NCBI GenBank assembly: GCA_028534125.1
Contig: CM052817.1
Coordinates: 11,286,001 to 11,350,000 of the forward strand
DNA length: 64,000 bases
From: Lama glama
Taxonomy: Eukaryota
Direction of reading: 5' to 3'
Positions 39,055-51,179 of this stretch are shown piece after piece. A model generated the notes under the pieces. The model worked only from the letters and a program-made list of their open reading frames with translations. It did no database searches and was not told where the DNA came from. The first letter of the stretch is position 1. Each line of letters starts with the position of its first letter. Made by a program: the position numbers and the translations under genes.

Positions 39055-39721
39055 CTACAGATATGAGAGAAGATGGCAGGTGCAGATCTTAATATAGCAG
39101 GAATTACAATGAATGTAAACATGTTAAACTCACAATTAAAAGGTAGGTACTCAAACTGGATTAACAGAACAAGATTCAATAATATACTGCTAACTAAAGA
39201 TATTTTACAGCAAAAAGACATGGAAATGTCAAAAATAAAAAGGTGAAAAAAGATACAACGCAACTGTGGACCAGAATAAAGCTGGGATAGCAATCCTGAC
39301 ATCCAACAAAAGAGATTTCAAGTCAAAAAATATAAGGGACAAAAATGGATAATAATACTGGTAAAAGGAAAAGAATAAAAGTGATGTACTCATCATAAAC
39401 CGCTATAAACCTGAAAGCAAATCCCCCAAATTTCTCAAGTAACAACTGACAGAACTGAGGGGGGAATATAAGCAGAGATATAAGCATTCTGAAAAAGTTA
39501 AAATATTAATATATTTTAGGTATCATTTAATTTTACAGAACTCTATACCAAACAGAATAGATATTTGAGTACAGACATATAAACACACATGCACAAATAG
39601 TTCATGCATTAGGTTGTAAGGTATTTTAAGATTAAAAGGGTCAATTTCATTCAGACTAAAATCTCTTACCATAATGCAATAAAAGTAGGTATCAAAAGTT
39701 AGTTAAAAGTAATCCTATGTT

Positions 39722-39787
39722 AACTGACACAACATTGTAAACTGACTATACTTCAATTAAAAAAAAAGGTTAAAATAAAAAGTTTTT
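39722..39787 (+). mobile_element. 66-bp L1 3'-tip insertion
   Basis: gacacaacattgtaaactgactatacttcaattaaaaaaaaa. TSD aaaag(t/g)aatcctatgtt at 39705-39721 and 39788-39804. Confidence 0.8.
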
Positions 39788-42374
39788 AAAAGGAATCCTA
39801 TGTTGGGATAGAAATTAAATAACTCATGGGTTAACAAAATGGAAATCATAAAAGATATTAACTATTAAAACTGAATAATAATATAACCTTACAAGGAAAA
39901 ATTTGTGGGGCATGGCCAAACCAGTAAGTAGAAGAAATTTATATCTTTGAATACATTGATCAGGAAACAAAGAAGCTTAAATATCCACAAGTTAACTATT
40001 TAATTCAAAATAATGAAAAAGAGTAACAGTAAAATAAGCAGAAAGGAAATAATAAAGGCAGAAGTTAAGTAGTATATAAAAGAATAGATTGATAAAACTG
40101 AAAGATGGTTTTCTGAAAATATGAATAAGAAAAACAAAACTTGTGAGACTTATCAAAAAAGAGATTTAAAAATATCCCCAAAGAGATTAAAAAATAATAA
40201 ATATATATATCTCATATATAATAAATATATATCTTAAAAATACATTTAAAATATATAAATAAAATGTGAATATCTAGATTAAATGGCTAAATTCTAGAAT
40301 ATAAAATACAAAAATTTGTACAGGAAGAAATAACTTGAATAAAACAAGAAAGTATTAAGGAAACTGGAAAGGTAACAACCTCCTATGAAAAACAAGTGCA
40401 AATGGTTTTATAAGTGAGTTCCACTGAACTTCCAAGGAAATTAATACATATTTTATATAAACTATTCCAGAAAAAAAAAGCATAAAACTATTAGCTCTTT
40501 TTGTGAAGATAATAAAACATTAATTCCAAATCTAGAGATGAAGCAAATAGCAAAGGTATAGGCTCATTTCACTTGCAAAAATGTTAAATATTACCTAACA
40601 AAATCTAATAATGCATTAAAGAAAAAAGAATCTTATTATATCATGTAGAGCTTATCCTAGGAAAGTAAGACTACCTCAACTTCATAAAATGTATAAATAT
40701 AAGTCACCACAGTAACAAAATAAAGTGAAAAAATCAGATAATTTTATCAACTGTGGATATTTAACCTTTCTTAGTATTTGATCAACACCTATCCATGCCT
40801 TAAAATACAAAACACTCTTACCAAACTAGGGAGAGAAAATTACTTTCTCAATTCGGTAAAAATTATCTAGCAAAAACTTTCAGGAAATATTATCCTAAAT
40901 GAGAACCTTTAGATATAATCCCTTAAAACAAAAAAGACAGTGTAAAAACTAGAAGAGATAAAACTACTGATTTACAGATGATATGGTCATCTAATATTTA
41001 AAAAAAACATATAAACTATTAGAGCTAATAAAAGAGCTCAACAAAGGTCCTGGATCTGAGACTAACCTATGAATATTCATTAAGTTTTTATATGGCACTT
41101 ACTTTTGCCAGGTACTATTCTAGGAACTGCACAAATGTTAACTCACTTAAAATTCTCCTAACAATCCTTTAAGAAAGGCATTTTCATTGTTCCCATTTTA
41201 TACATGAGGTTTAAGCTACCTATCCAGTGATAAGGGTCAGGATTTGACCCCCAGGCACTCTTAACTTCTATACCAGCAATAGCAAGCATAAAATGTATTA
41301 CATAAATCACATTTACAATAGAGGAAGAAAAAAAAATCACACCAAACCTGTAAAGGATTTAAGAACTAATTAATAATATGTAAGATGTCTATGAAGAAGA
41401 CTGTAAAATTCTAATCAAGAACACATGATTTAAAATAGACATTCCATGCTTTTGGATGGAACAAATTAATATTATAAAGATAACTTTTTCCTAAATTAAT
41501 TTATACAATCCCAGTATGTTAAGAATAAAATTCCACATATAACTAAACCAATTATTTAAACAGAAGAGTAAAGGGGGTTCTTGGCGTACAAGATATTAAC
41601 TCATATTACAGAAGTTACAGAAATTAAAATAGTGTGGAATTAGTGTTTAAGAACAAACAGTACAATGGAACAAAGCTCAGAAACAGAGCCACAGACAATT
41701 TTAGAATGAAGTATACAATAAAGTTAGCACATAAATCAAGGGGGAATGAACGTATTTAGTACATAATATTGGTAAAACTGGCTCATATGAAAAAAAATAA
41801 AACTGTATATCTGTATAATGCCACATACAAAGGAGGACTCATGATGGATTAAAGACCCAAATAAGAATGGTAAAACTATATAGTTAATAGACTGTAATTC
41901 AGGAGAATATCTTTGTGACCTAGGGCCAGGGAAGGACTTCTTAAATTAAAAAACAAAAACAAAAACATAAAGCACAAGACCAAAATATGATGAATTCAAT
42001 CACAACAAAGTCAACCATTTCTGGATTGAACTGAAGACACTGAGAACAAAGTTAACTACAAATCAACAACAAAAATGGTAGCAATCTCAATAAAGAAATG
42101 GGCAAAGGACAAAAATACCCAATTTTAGGGAAAGAAAATCCATAGGCCATTAACTATATGAGTAAAGAGATACCACACTGATTTACTATTTTGGTAAAAA
42201 CTAGAAAGCTGGACAATGACAACTATTAGTGAGGGGACTAAAGGAACTCTAGGAACCAGCAATGCTGGTGGGATTATAACACTGGGGTAACCTTTCTGAA
42301 GAGCAATCTAACAGCACTACTTAGCCAAACTAACTATTTGCACATCTCACGATCCAGCAATCCTACTCTTGGGT

Positions 42375-42412
42375 CTATCTATCTATCTATCTATATGTAT
42401 GTATGTATATAT
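42375..42412. repeat. (TCTA)n(TATG)n microsatellite
   Basis: Direct reading. Confidence 0.85.
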
Positions 42413-43634
42413 GTAACAGAGAAATTCTCCATAAGACCAATATGTATCCTGAAGTTTCATCTTTGATGGTAAAGAATTAGAAGCATTCTAAGTTTCAATC
42501 ACTGGAAGAGTACAGAGGCAATATGTGGTAAAAGGACATTAGAAGTATACATAGCAACATGGATAAACTAAAGGCATAGGTCTAAACGAAAAAAGCAAAA
42601 ATAAATACCAACTTCCCACTTACGCCATGCTGCAGAAATGATTTCCAAAATGAAAGTCAGTAAACATCTTTAGTTTCAAATACACACTGATGTCATATGA
42701 TAGGGCTTCATGTCAGTAATATTTTTCCAAAGAATATTTCTCAGGCTTCTACTCATTCTTTTATCTTATTCAGTTCTCAGCAGTTTCTGGCACTTATTAT
42801 GGGATTAGCACAACGTTTTGAAAAAATTAAGAGAATGATGAAGGCCTGCTGTAAGTAACTACACAAGCGTGTTTTACTTTTGTTCTAGGGAGACAAAAAT
42901 TCTCAAATTATATTTAGGTGATTTGGTAGTATGTTGTATAAAGACAAATGAAACAATTTTTAAAAACAGGATCAACAAAGATAATGCTACTAAAGCAATA
43001 TAAAGGGAATTGCTTATAACTTCATCTTTAAGAACACAAATGCAAATACTTTCAAAAGTTTATAATATTATCTAGTTCAACCTGAAAGCAAAAAGAAAAC
43101 TGAAAACGTATCGTAAGTTTTTTATTGAGACAAGGTGTTAGCTTTTAATTCTTCTGTCCTCTTATATTTTCACTAATTTCATTTCAACCAGATTCCATTT
43201 GCAAGATTAACTGGCTGTATTTCCATTATTGTGCTACTCAAAGCATTCTTTAAAGGCTTACTCTACTTTTTTTTTTTTAGCAGAAATAAGAAAAAGTCTC
43301 TTTGAAGGCATATGTAAATTCTAGAGTGAATCCATCACCATTTCTCTTTAACATTCCATGTGCATCATATCCTCATATCAAAACTGAATTAATCACTTAT
43401 TTATATACTCCCGTGTATAATTTACCTTGAAAGAATGATTCTTCTGTAATTTCAGAACTAAAGAGCCTTACTATACAAATTCTTTAGTTTTGTCATTTCT
43501 TCAACTAAGTTTACCAAGGACAGGAAGAGACTGATTCTCACAGTTGCTACTATGTGTTCTTTTCCCCCATAGCACTGAAAGAAAAGTCAAGACACAGGAA
43601 GCTAAAGGCAGTGGGTTTAATACAGTGTCTTTTT

Positions 43635-44660
43635 TTTAAAAAACCAGTTTTATTGAGGTAGGATTGACAAATTGCATATATTTAACATGTACAATGTGAT
43701 GTTTTGATTATGTATTCACTGTGATATGATTACTACAATCAAGCCAATTAACATATCCATCACCTCACAGATATTTTCTTTTGCACATGGTGAGAACACT
43801 TGAGACCTAACCTCAGCAAATTTCAAGTATACATAATTATTAACTATAGTCATCATGATGTACATTAGGTCTCCAGAAAGTCTGTATGCTTTGACAAACA
43901 TCTGCCTATTTCCCCCATTCCCCAGCCACTGATATTTCCCATTCTACTCTTTGTTACTATGAGTTCAACGTTTTAAGATTCCACATATAGGTAGGATCAC
44001 ACAGCATTTGTCTTTCTGTACCTAGTGTATTTCACTTAGCATAATGTCCTCCAGATTGACTTATGTTGTTGGAAATTGCAGGAGTTCCTTCTTTTTAAAA
44101 ACTGAATTGTGTGTATATATAAATATCATGTCTTCTTTAACCATTAGTTCATTGATGGACACTTAGATAATTTCTGTATTTTGGCCACTGTGAATAATGC
44201 TGCAATAAACATGGGAACACAGATACATCTGAAACAGTGATCTTATTTCCTTTGAATATATACCAAAAAGTGGGATTGCTGGACCATATGACAGTTCTAT
44301 TTTTGCTTTTTAAGGAACCTCCATACTGTTTCCCACTAACATGTATAAGGGCCCTCTTTTCTCAACATCCTCACCAACACTTGTTATCTTTTGACTTTTT
44401 GATAACAGTCATCCTCATAGGTGTGAAGTGATACCTTAATGTGGTTTTGATGTGAATTTCCTTGAGGATTAGTGATGTTGAGCATCTTTTCATATACCTG
44501 TTGGCCATCTGCATGCATTTTTTGGAAAAACATCTATTCAGGCCGTTTGCTCATTTTTTAATTGGGTTATTTGGGTTTTTTTTTTTTGCTATTGAATTGT
44601 ATGGATCCTTATATATACTTTATATTAACCCCTTATGGGATATACGGTTTACAAATAGTT
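43635..44660 (-). mobile_element. L1 (L1MA-like) 3' fragment
   Basis: ttttattgaggtaggattgacaa..tttcacttagcataatgtcctccag..gtgggattgctgg..gattagtgatgttgagcatcttttcat. Confidence 0.88.
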
Positions 44661-45676
44661 TCTTCCGTTTCAAAGATTCCCGTTTTTGTAATCGAGTATC
44701 TTTACATGTTGTTAATCCTCCTCACTCCAAAGCTAGTAAAAACATAGTTAGGCTGACCTCTGGTGGCCAGATGCCTCATCTTTCAGTAACTGACAAAATG
44801 GTATTAAGTCACCTGTTGTTGTGGTGAGGCAGACAAATAAAATATGGTAAAGGAAATAATATTGTTAGAAATTTGAGTTAAACAAAGCAACAAAGGTAGC
44901 AGGCACCCAAAGTGCAGAGCTGAGCAATTAAGGGCCACAAAGTAAGAAAATGCCTCCAAATATTAGTTTATTCTAATTTTTAGTTCACCAATTGATTTTA
45001 CATGAAAAACAAAAGGAACATACAGTCGTTTCCAAAGTAAGAACAGTTCTATACTATACAATACTGTAGCCACTAGCCCCATGTATCTACTGAGCACCTG
45101 AAATGTGGCTAGTATAAAATAACATCCAATTTCAAAGACTTAGTAGGGAAAAAAATAATGTAAATGATCTCATCAATAATTTATGTTGATTACCTGTTAA
45201 AATGATATTTCAAATATACTTGGTTAAGAAATTAATGCCCTTTCTAGGTTTCTTTCATCACAGAATGTCTAGACATTCTATATTTTTAGCTATGGTGAGA
45301 TTATAAACATTATCAGTATATTCCACGCATTCTTAAACCTCTATGCTTTCCCTCTAGGTGATTAACCTAAAACATCCACCCCGCTTGCCTTTTCAGAAAT
45401 TAGATATCTTGATAATTTTGAAATTATGGGCAACCCAACTGCTACCATATTTTTTATTTTAACTAGCATTTGAATATCTATAATGTTTCAGGAATTAGGA
45501 CTATGAAGCAAGAGAGTGGACAAATAAATTATGGTGTATTAATACAACAGAATACTAAAGAAACCTAGCTGTATCTCAGTTTCCTCTTCTTAAAAGGAGA
45601 AAGACATTACCTTACAGGCTTTGTTTGTAAGGATTAAGTAGGGTAAAGTGCTTAAAACAGCCTCTGGCATATATGG

Positions 45677-46080
45677 TGATGAAATAAAATTCGTATTTTA
45701 TGGCGGGACAAGAAAAATTTAAACATAAAATTCTTCTCTGCCTCTTTGGATCTCCTCTCTCCTCTTTAGTGTGTGTTGTGTATCTGCATTAACTAGACCT
45801 CGTCAGGAGATAACCTTCCTTCTTAATATTGCAAGAGGTCACATGACCCATGACCCACTAAGCCCTTTGTATTTGTAGATGTGGATTGTGTACAGTCAGC
45901 AATGCATCATTTGAAGCATTAACTCTTTGTCTCAAAAATGTATGTAACTGTGCTTAGACGGCTAAAAGTCAGCTCAGAGCTTCCTGAAAGACTACCTCCC
46001 AGGTTATCAGCCTCAGGTTGGCTTGACTAAAATTCTCCATTTCTTTCTTAGATCGATCATTGATTAATTTTTCCTCAACA
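45677..46080 (+). mobile_element. ERV1-like solo LTR inserted in a MIR remnant
   Basis: TG...CA termini (tgatgaaataaaatt ... ttttttcctcaaca). Flanks atgg and aagg (4-bp TSD, one mismatch). The interrupted MIR-like sequence gtgcttaaaacagcctctggcatat continues after it. Confidence 0.65.
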
Positions 46081-46559
46081 AAGGGTCCATAAGATGTTGA
46101 GTTATTGCTATAAAAGTATCAATATGAATAAATCTCAAAAATAATACTTACTGAAAAAAGCAGGTAGTATACATGATTATTTATATAATGTTGGAACATG
46201 AAAACAATAATACACTTATTCAGAGATCTATTCATGTCGTTAACACATAAAAGTTAACAGTAAATTCAGAAAATCCATTACTGCTGGGAGGGAAGGTAGT
46301 TCAATAGGAAAAAGAGGCATATAGATGGCTTTATAATCTATTTCTTTAGCTGGCTCAGAGTATTGAGATGTTGGTTTTTGTATGGTATAATTTCATTAAA
46401 CAAAGTTTAAAGATTTAGTTCCTGCTGGAAGGCACTCCGAATTTATCCCGACCACTACTCTAAACCTTGTAGCATTCTATGTTCTTTGTTGAAAACGCTG
46501 TCGTTATGCACTTTTGTAAACTAGGCTTCGAAAGCTGGTACATCTAGAACAAACTGTAT

Positions 46560-47740
46560 CAAAATTAACTCGTGCCTCTCTTCGCGGCGGTTCCCAGACT
46601 GCCTCCCTCGTCTGTAGACCCTGCAGCAACCGCGGATCCAAGGCTTAAAAAGCCAGTGGCCAGCCTCCATGTGGAGACCTGAGAACGCCCCCTCTGCCGA
46701 CCCGGGAACTTCCCCCTCATCAGTAGAAGCCGGGCCGCTGCCCAGCACTTCAGCGCGCCCTATCTTTCCCTTCCCGATGCATCTCCGAACGAACCCCTCC
46801 TCCCCTTCAGCGGGAGCAGGGATTCTTCCCCTCGGCAGATTCCCTGTTCTCACCCATGGAGGATCCTTTCTTCTTCCTCGCCTCACACCCAGCCGCAAGA
46901 CCTGGCCAGGCCTCGCGGCACCAGCTCCGTTCCAACAGTAGGACCGCAGTCGGCCTCGCACCCTTTGCCGACACCACTTCCGGGGGAGCCAACGCCCCCC
47001 TTCTCCTAGAAATGCCACTTCCCACCCGGAAAGCCGTTTAAAAGACCCTAAGCGCATGCGTCGAAACGGCGATGTTGAAGAGGGTGGCTCCATCTCGTCT
47101 TTCTACGCTCTCACGGCAGTCTCGCGGTATTTCCTTCTCCCGCGGGAGTTATTTGAACGCTCTGGCGGTAGCCACGCCCTCGGCTGCCCGCTGAACGGAT
47201 TGTGAAGCGTCTTTGTGGAGATTCTGACGGTGGTCAGTCGGGCCTGCTGCAGCCGAGCGCGGATAGGCTTCATCCCGCCAGGGTCCCGGCGCCATGGGGG
47301 CGGAAAAGAAACTGTTGTCGATTAAGGAGGCCTTCCAGCTGGCGCAGCAGCCGCACCAGAACCAGGCGAAGCTGGTGGTGGCGCTCAGCCGCACCTACGG
47401 CTCGGTAAGCGCGGTGCCGGACCTCCGCCGCCGCCGCCGGTTCCTGGCTCGGCCTCTCCCGGCGGCTTCCCTTGACCCTCTGGGCTCCACGCACCAGAAC
47501 TACAAGCTATGTAACCTTCCTGACCCGGTTCGGAGAGATCTGGCAACTTGCCCGAGGTCTCCCGGGCACCCCCTTCTCCCTGGCGGCCTCCGGCACGGAC
47601 CGTTAATTCTCTGTCGGGCGGTGAATTGGGATGGAGACTGGCGCCTAGTGCAGGGCCGCAGGGTGGACCCTGAGCCCACTGGCTGGGCGATAGTTTTTCC
47701 CTCGGGTCACCGCCCACGTCAAATAACTAACCTCGCCCCA
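46560..47740. promoter_or_regulatory. Bidirectional CpG-island promoter shared by DCAF16 (-) and NCAPG (+)
   Basis: CpG-rich block. ETS ACTTCCGG 46976-46983; NRF1-type GCGCATGCG 47052-47060; TCTCGCGGTA 47120-47129; palindrome CTCCCGCGGGAG 47137-47148; CHR TTTGAA 47152-47157. Confidence 0.85.
47294..47404 (+). CDS. NCAPG: NCAPG (condensin I subunit CAP-G) coding exon 1
   Basis: Kozak GCCATGG; MGAEKKLLSIKEAFQLAQQPHQNQAKLVVALSRTYGS; donor |GTAAGC; 111 nt, phase 0. Confidence 0.96.
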
Positions 47741-48335
47741 CGGTTTAATTGAATCAGTCACCAATTAGCAAATTAATCATTAGGACCTGATTCCTCTCTA
47801 GTAATGTAAATACTGTTTCGTTTTGAATGGGAGCCTTGAGAAGAGTAGGACAATGAATTTCAGGAAAATAAATTATCTTGAAGTCCAAGAAAAATTGTAA
47901 GTCAGTGTAACAGGGCTTGAGGATATGAGATAGGATGTGAAAGTTGGTCAAAAGGAAATTGCTGTGTAACATTAAGGGTAAATATGATAAAATATTAAAG
48001 CCATTGTTGATTTAGGGTTGTTAATGAAGAATTAGATTTTTACTAGATTGATACCAAGGCATTGTATTGAGAATTCAAGGATATTGAAAAAAATCAGAGG
48101 AGTCTTTTCACTGTCAAAATTCAGGTTTGTTAACTCCCTGGGAATAGTAAATTTCTATGGAGAGAAATTCGTGCAAATTAATTTTTCTTGTGATGATATG
48201 GATAACTGAGAGTTTACTAAATAATGATTTTGGTTTGTTTAAGTTATGGCTAGTGTTTCTACCGTCTTAACTCTGGTAAAGCTGAGCAAAAAAGGATTTT
48301 GTGTGTGCAGTTTGTGAAGAGTTTTTGTCTTTCAG

Positions 48336-48539
48336 ATGCATGACAAAACAGATTTTCACGAGGAGTTTGTTCATTACCTTAAATATGCTATGGTGGTCTA
48401 TAAACGAGAACCAGCTGTGGAGAGAGTAATAGAATTTGCAGCCAAGTTTGTTACCTCATTTCACCAGTCAGATATGGAAGATGATGAGGAAGAGAAAGAT
48501 GGTGGCATTTTAAATTTTTTGTTCACTTTTCTGTTAAAG
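48336..48539 (+). CDS. NCAPG: NCAPG exon 2
   Basis: ttcag|MHDKTDFHEEFVHYLKY...FLFTFLLK|gtatat; 204 nt. Confidence 0.96.
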
Positions 48540-49044
48540 GTATATGAAAACTAGAACTTTGGGGAAATATTGTAGACAATTTTACTATTTTAAAAGAGCC
48601 ATAGGAGTTTGTATATTTTAGAGAATGAAATATCTGGTAATTGAGAAAATGTCTGAATGGATCTTCTTTTTGTAGGAAATATGAGAACTGTCATTAAGAT
48701 TGAAAGGTGAACTTTTAAAATAACTCCAGCATTAAATTTTTAATGACCATTCTAAACCAGTTCTCACATACATTTGTTTTAAATGAGTTCTCTATTTTAG
48801 AAGTAAAGTAAGAATTCCTGAAAAGAGGAATACGCTCTTGTAATTTAGCAACTACTTTGGACTGTGTATGTTTTGAGATTTTGTATTATGTGTATGTAGT
48901 ATACATATGGATCAAGGTAACATAGTTTCTCTGCAAGGAATGAACTGTAACTTCTTAAATCCTAAACATACAGAATTCAAATGTTATGTCATTATTTAGT
49001 AATATTATGTGACTTGGAATAATTTTGATTTGTTTGTGTTTTAG

Positions 49045-49273
49045 TCTCATGAGGCAAACAGCAATGCAGTTAGATTTAGAGTGTGCCAGCTCATAAACAA
49101 GCTCTTGGGAAATATGCCAGAAAATGCCCAGATTGATGATGATTTGTTTGATGAAATTAATGAAGCCATGCTTATTAGATTGAAAGATAAAATTCCAAAT
49201 GTAAGGATACAGGCAGTTCTTGCTCTTTCACGCCTTCAGGATCCCAAAGATGATGAATGCCCGGTGGTTAATG
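49045..49273 (+). CDS. NCAPG: NCAPG exon 3
   Basis: ttag|SHEANSNAVRFRVCQLINKLL...LQDPKDDECPVVN+G|gtatgt; 229 nt, ends phase 1. Confidence 0.96.
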
Positions 49274-49344
49274 GTATGTATAGCTTCCTAAATCCTTTTT
49301 CAGTTTTGCTGACTTTGTTAAATTCTCAGCAGATGAATTTTCTT

Positions 49345-49599
49345 TCTTTCTTTTTCTTTTTTTAAATTGAAGTATAGTCGTTTACAATGTGTCTATTTCT
49401 GATATACAGCATAATGTCCCAATAATACAGGTGTGTGTGTGTGTGTGTGTATACACATACATACATGTATTTGTTTTCATATTCTTTTTCATTAAACTTT
49501 ATTATTGAAAAATGTTCCAGTAATACACATATACATATAATTATTTTCATATTCTTTTTCATTAAAAGTTATTATTGAATACAGTTCTCTGTGCTATAC
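49345..49599 (-). mobile_element. Young L1 3' end running into the assembly gap
   Basis: Poly-T, aattgaagtatagtcg.., (GT)n, duplicated ttttcatattctttttcattaaa, then gaatacagttctctgtgctatac directly before the Ns. Confidence 0.8.
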
Positions 49600-50099
49600 N
49601 NNNNNNNNNNNNNNNNNNNNNNNNNNNNNNNNNNNNNNNNNNNNNNNNNNNNNNNNNNNNNNNNNNNNNNNNNNNNNNNNNNNNNNNNNNNNNNNNNNNN
49701 NNNNNNNNNNNNNNNNNNNNNNNNNNNNNNNNNNNNNNNNNNNNNNNNNNNNNNNNNNNNNNNNNNNNNNNNNNNNNNNNNNNNNNNNNNNNNNNNNNNN
49801 NNNNNNNNNNNNNNNNNNNNNNNNNNNNNNNNNNNNNNNNNNNNNNNNNNNNNNNNNNNNNNNNNNNNNNNNNNNNNNNNNNNNNNNNNNNNNNNNNNNN
49901 NNNNNNNNNNNNNNNNNNNNNNNNNNNNNNNNNNNNNNNNNNNNNNNNNNNNNNNNNNNNNNNNNNNNNNNNNNNNNNNNNNNNNNNNNNNNNNNNNNNN
50001 NNNNNNNNNNNNNNNNNNNNNNNNNNNNNNNNNNNNNNNNNNNNNNNNNNNNNNNNNNNNNNNNNNNNNNNNNNNNNNNNNNNNNNNNNNNNNNNNNNN
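49600..50099. other. Assembly gap (exactly 500 N)
   Basis: Run of n characters of round length. Confidence 0.99.
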
Positions 50100-50124
50100 A
50101 TTTAGAGGGACGGATGATCTAGAC

Positions 50125-50437
50125 CCACTCTCTCCAATATGGTAGCCATCAGCCACATGTGGATATTACAAACCTGTGGCTATTAAAAACTAGTTCAAAC
50201 TAAGATGTGCTAGAAATGTAAAAATATGTTGGATTCAGAGACTTAGTACAAACAACAGAATGTAAATTATCTCAGCTTTTAAATATTGACTACATGTTTC
50301 ATTGATGTTTTATTTATACTGAGTAAAGTAAAATATATTAAAATTAGTTTCACCTGTTTCTTTTTACTTTTTAATGTGGCTACTAGAATATTTAAAATGA
50401 CATGTGTCTTGCATTATATTTCTTGTGGACAGCACTG
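50125..50437 (-). mobile_element. MER33-like hAT-Charlie element
   Basis: tccaatatggtagcca..gccacatgtgg..gacttagtac..tttaatgtggctactagaa..ggacagcactg. A related fragment lies at about 45045-45240. Confidence 0.75.
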
Positions 50438-50834
50438 AATAAGAGGCACTGAAATCAGATCAACTGAATAAGCGAAGAGCAAGGGATAGCATGGTATAAG
50501 ATAATACTGGGAAGACTGCACAATGGGGTATATGATATGTCATGTTAAGGATTTTCATCTTTTCTGAGGGCATTGGGAAACCATTGAGTCAGTTTTGGCG
50601 GATGGAGGGAAGGTATCTCATGATCAGAGTGTATTTTGCTCTGTTCTTCTGTTTTAGTAATTTAATACTACCTTTTTTTAAACCAGAAATTGACTTCTTT
50701 GAGTTAATAGACAATGTAGAAATGAAGTAGATCTATGAAATACACAGAAATTATCATTTTAACCAACTTTTTAATATACTATTATAAATATCTTGTCCTG
50801 ATCAAAACTACTTATAATTTCTAATTCATTTTAG

Positions 50835-50954
50835 ATTCTTCCTGGAATAATAAGTGTTCATCCTATAGTAAGAAATCTGGCTGTTTTGTGCTTGGGATGC
50901 TGTGGACTACAGAATCAGGATTTTGCAAGTAAACATTTTGTATTACTATTGCAG
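50835..50954 (+). CDS. NCAPG: NCAPG first exon after the gap (exon 13 by human numbering)
   Basis: ttttag|ILPGIISVHPIVRNLAVLCLGCCGLQNQDFASKHFVLLLQ|gtaggg; 120 nt, phase 0-0. Confidence 0.95.
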
Positions 50955-51179
50955 GTAGGGTTTATCTTTTGATAAAATCTTGATTCTACTGCCTTAAATA
51001 AATCTATGGTGATAATGCCAGTATTATAAATTTAATCTATTCCAGGGCTTACTGACAATGATGATAATTATGGATGACTTTTAGGGACTTGATTTTTATC
51101 TTTTGATTTTTTTATTAAAACTTCTTTGTAGACAAAAGATGAAATGTCAGTTATTTAAGGTATTTTTAAGATTAATTAT

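Larger units (their letters stand above)
39073..42600 (+). mobile_element. Ancient decayed L1 ORF2 (EN through RT to 3' end) in DCAF16 intron 1, with younger insertions
   Basis: MAGADLNIAGITMNVN at 39073 resembles the L1 ORF2 start MTGSNSHITILTLNVN. AGIAILTSNKRDFK near 39280. FTDDMVI (RT catalytic motif) at 40971-40991. Confidence 0.85.

Noticed and set aside
46521..47752. ORFs of 60-190 aa around the DCAF16/NCAPG promoter
   Set aside because: CpG-island artefacts, apart from NCAPG exon 1 and the uORF start discussed above.
49572..50156. Poly-X ORFs
   Set aside because: Translations of the N gap.
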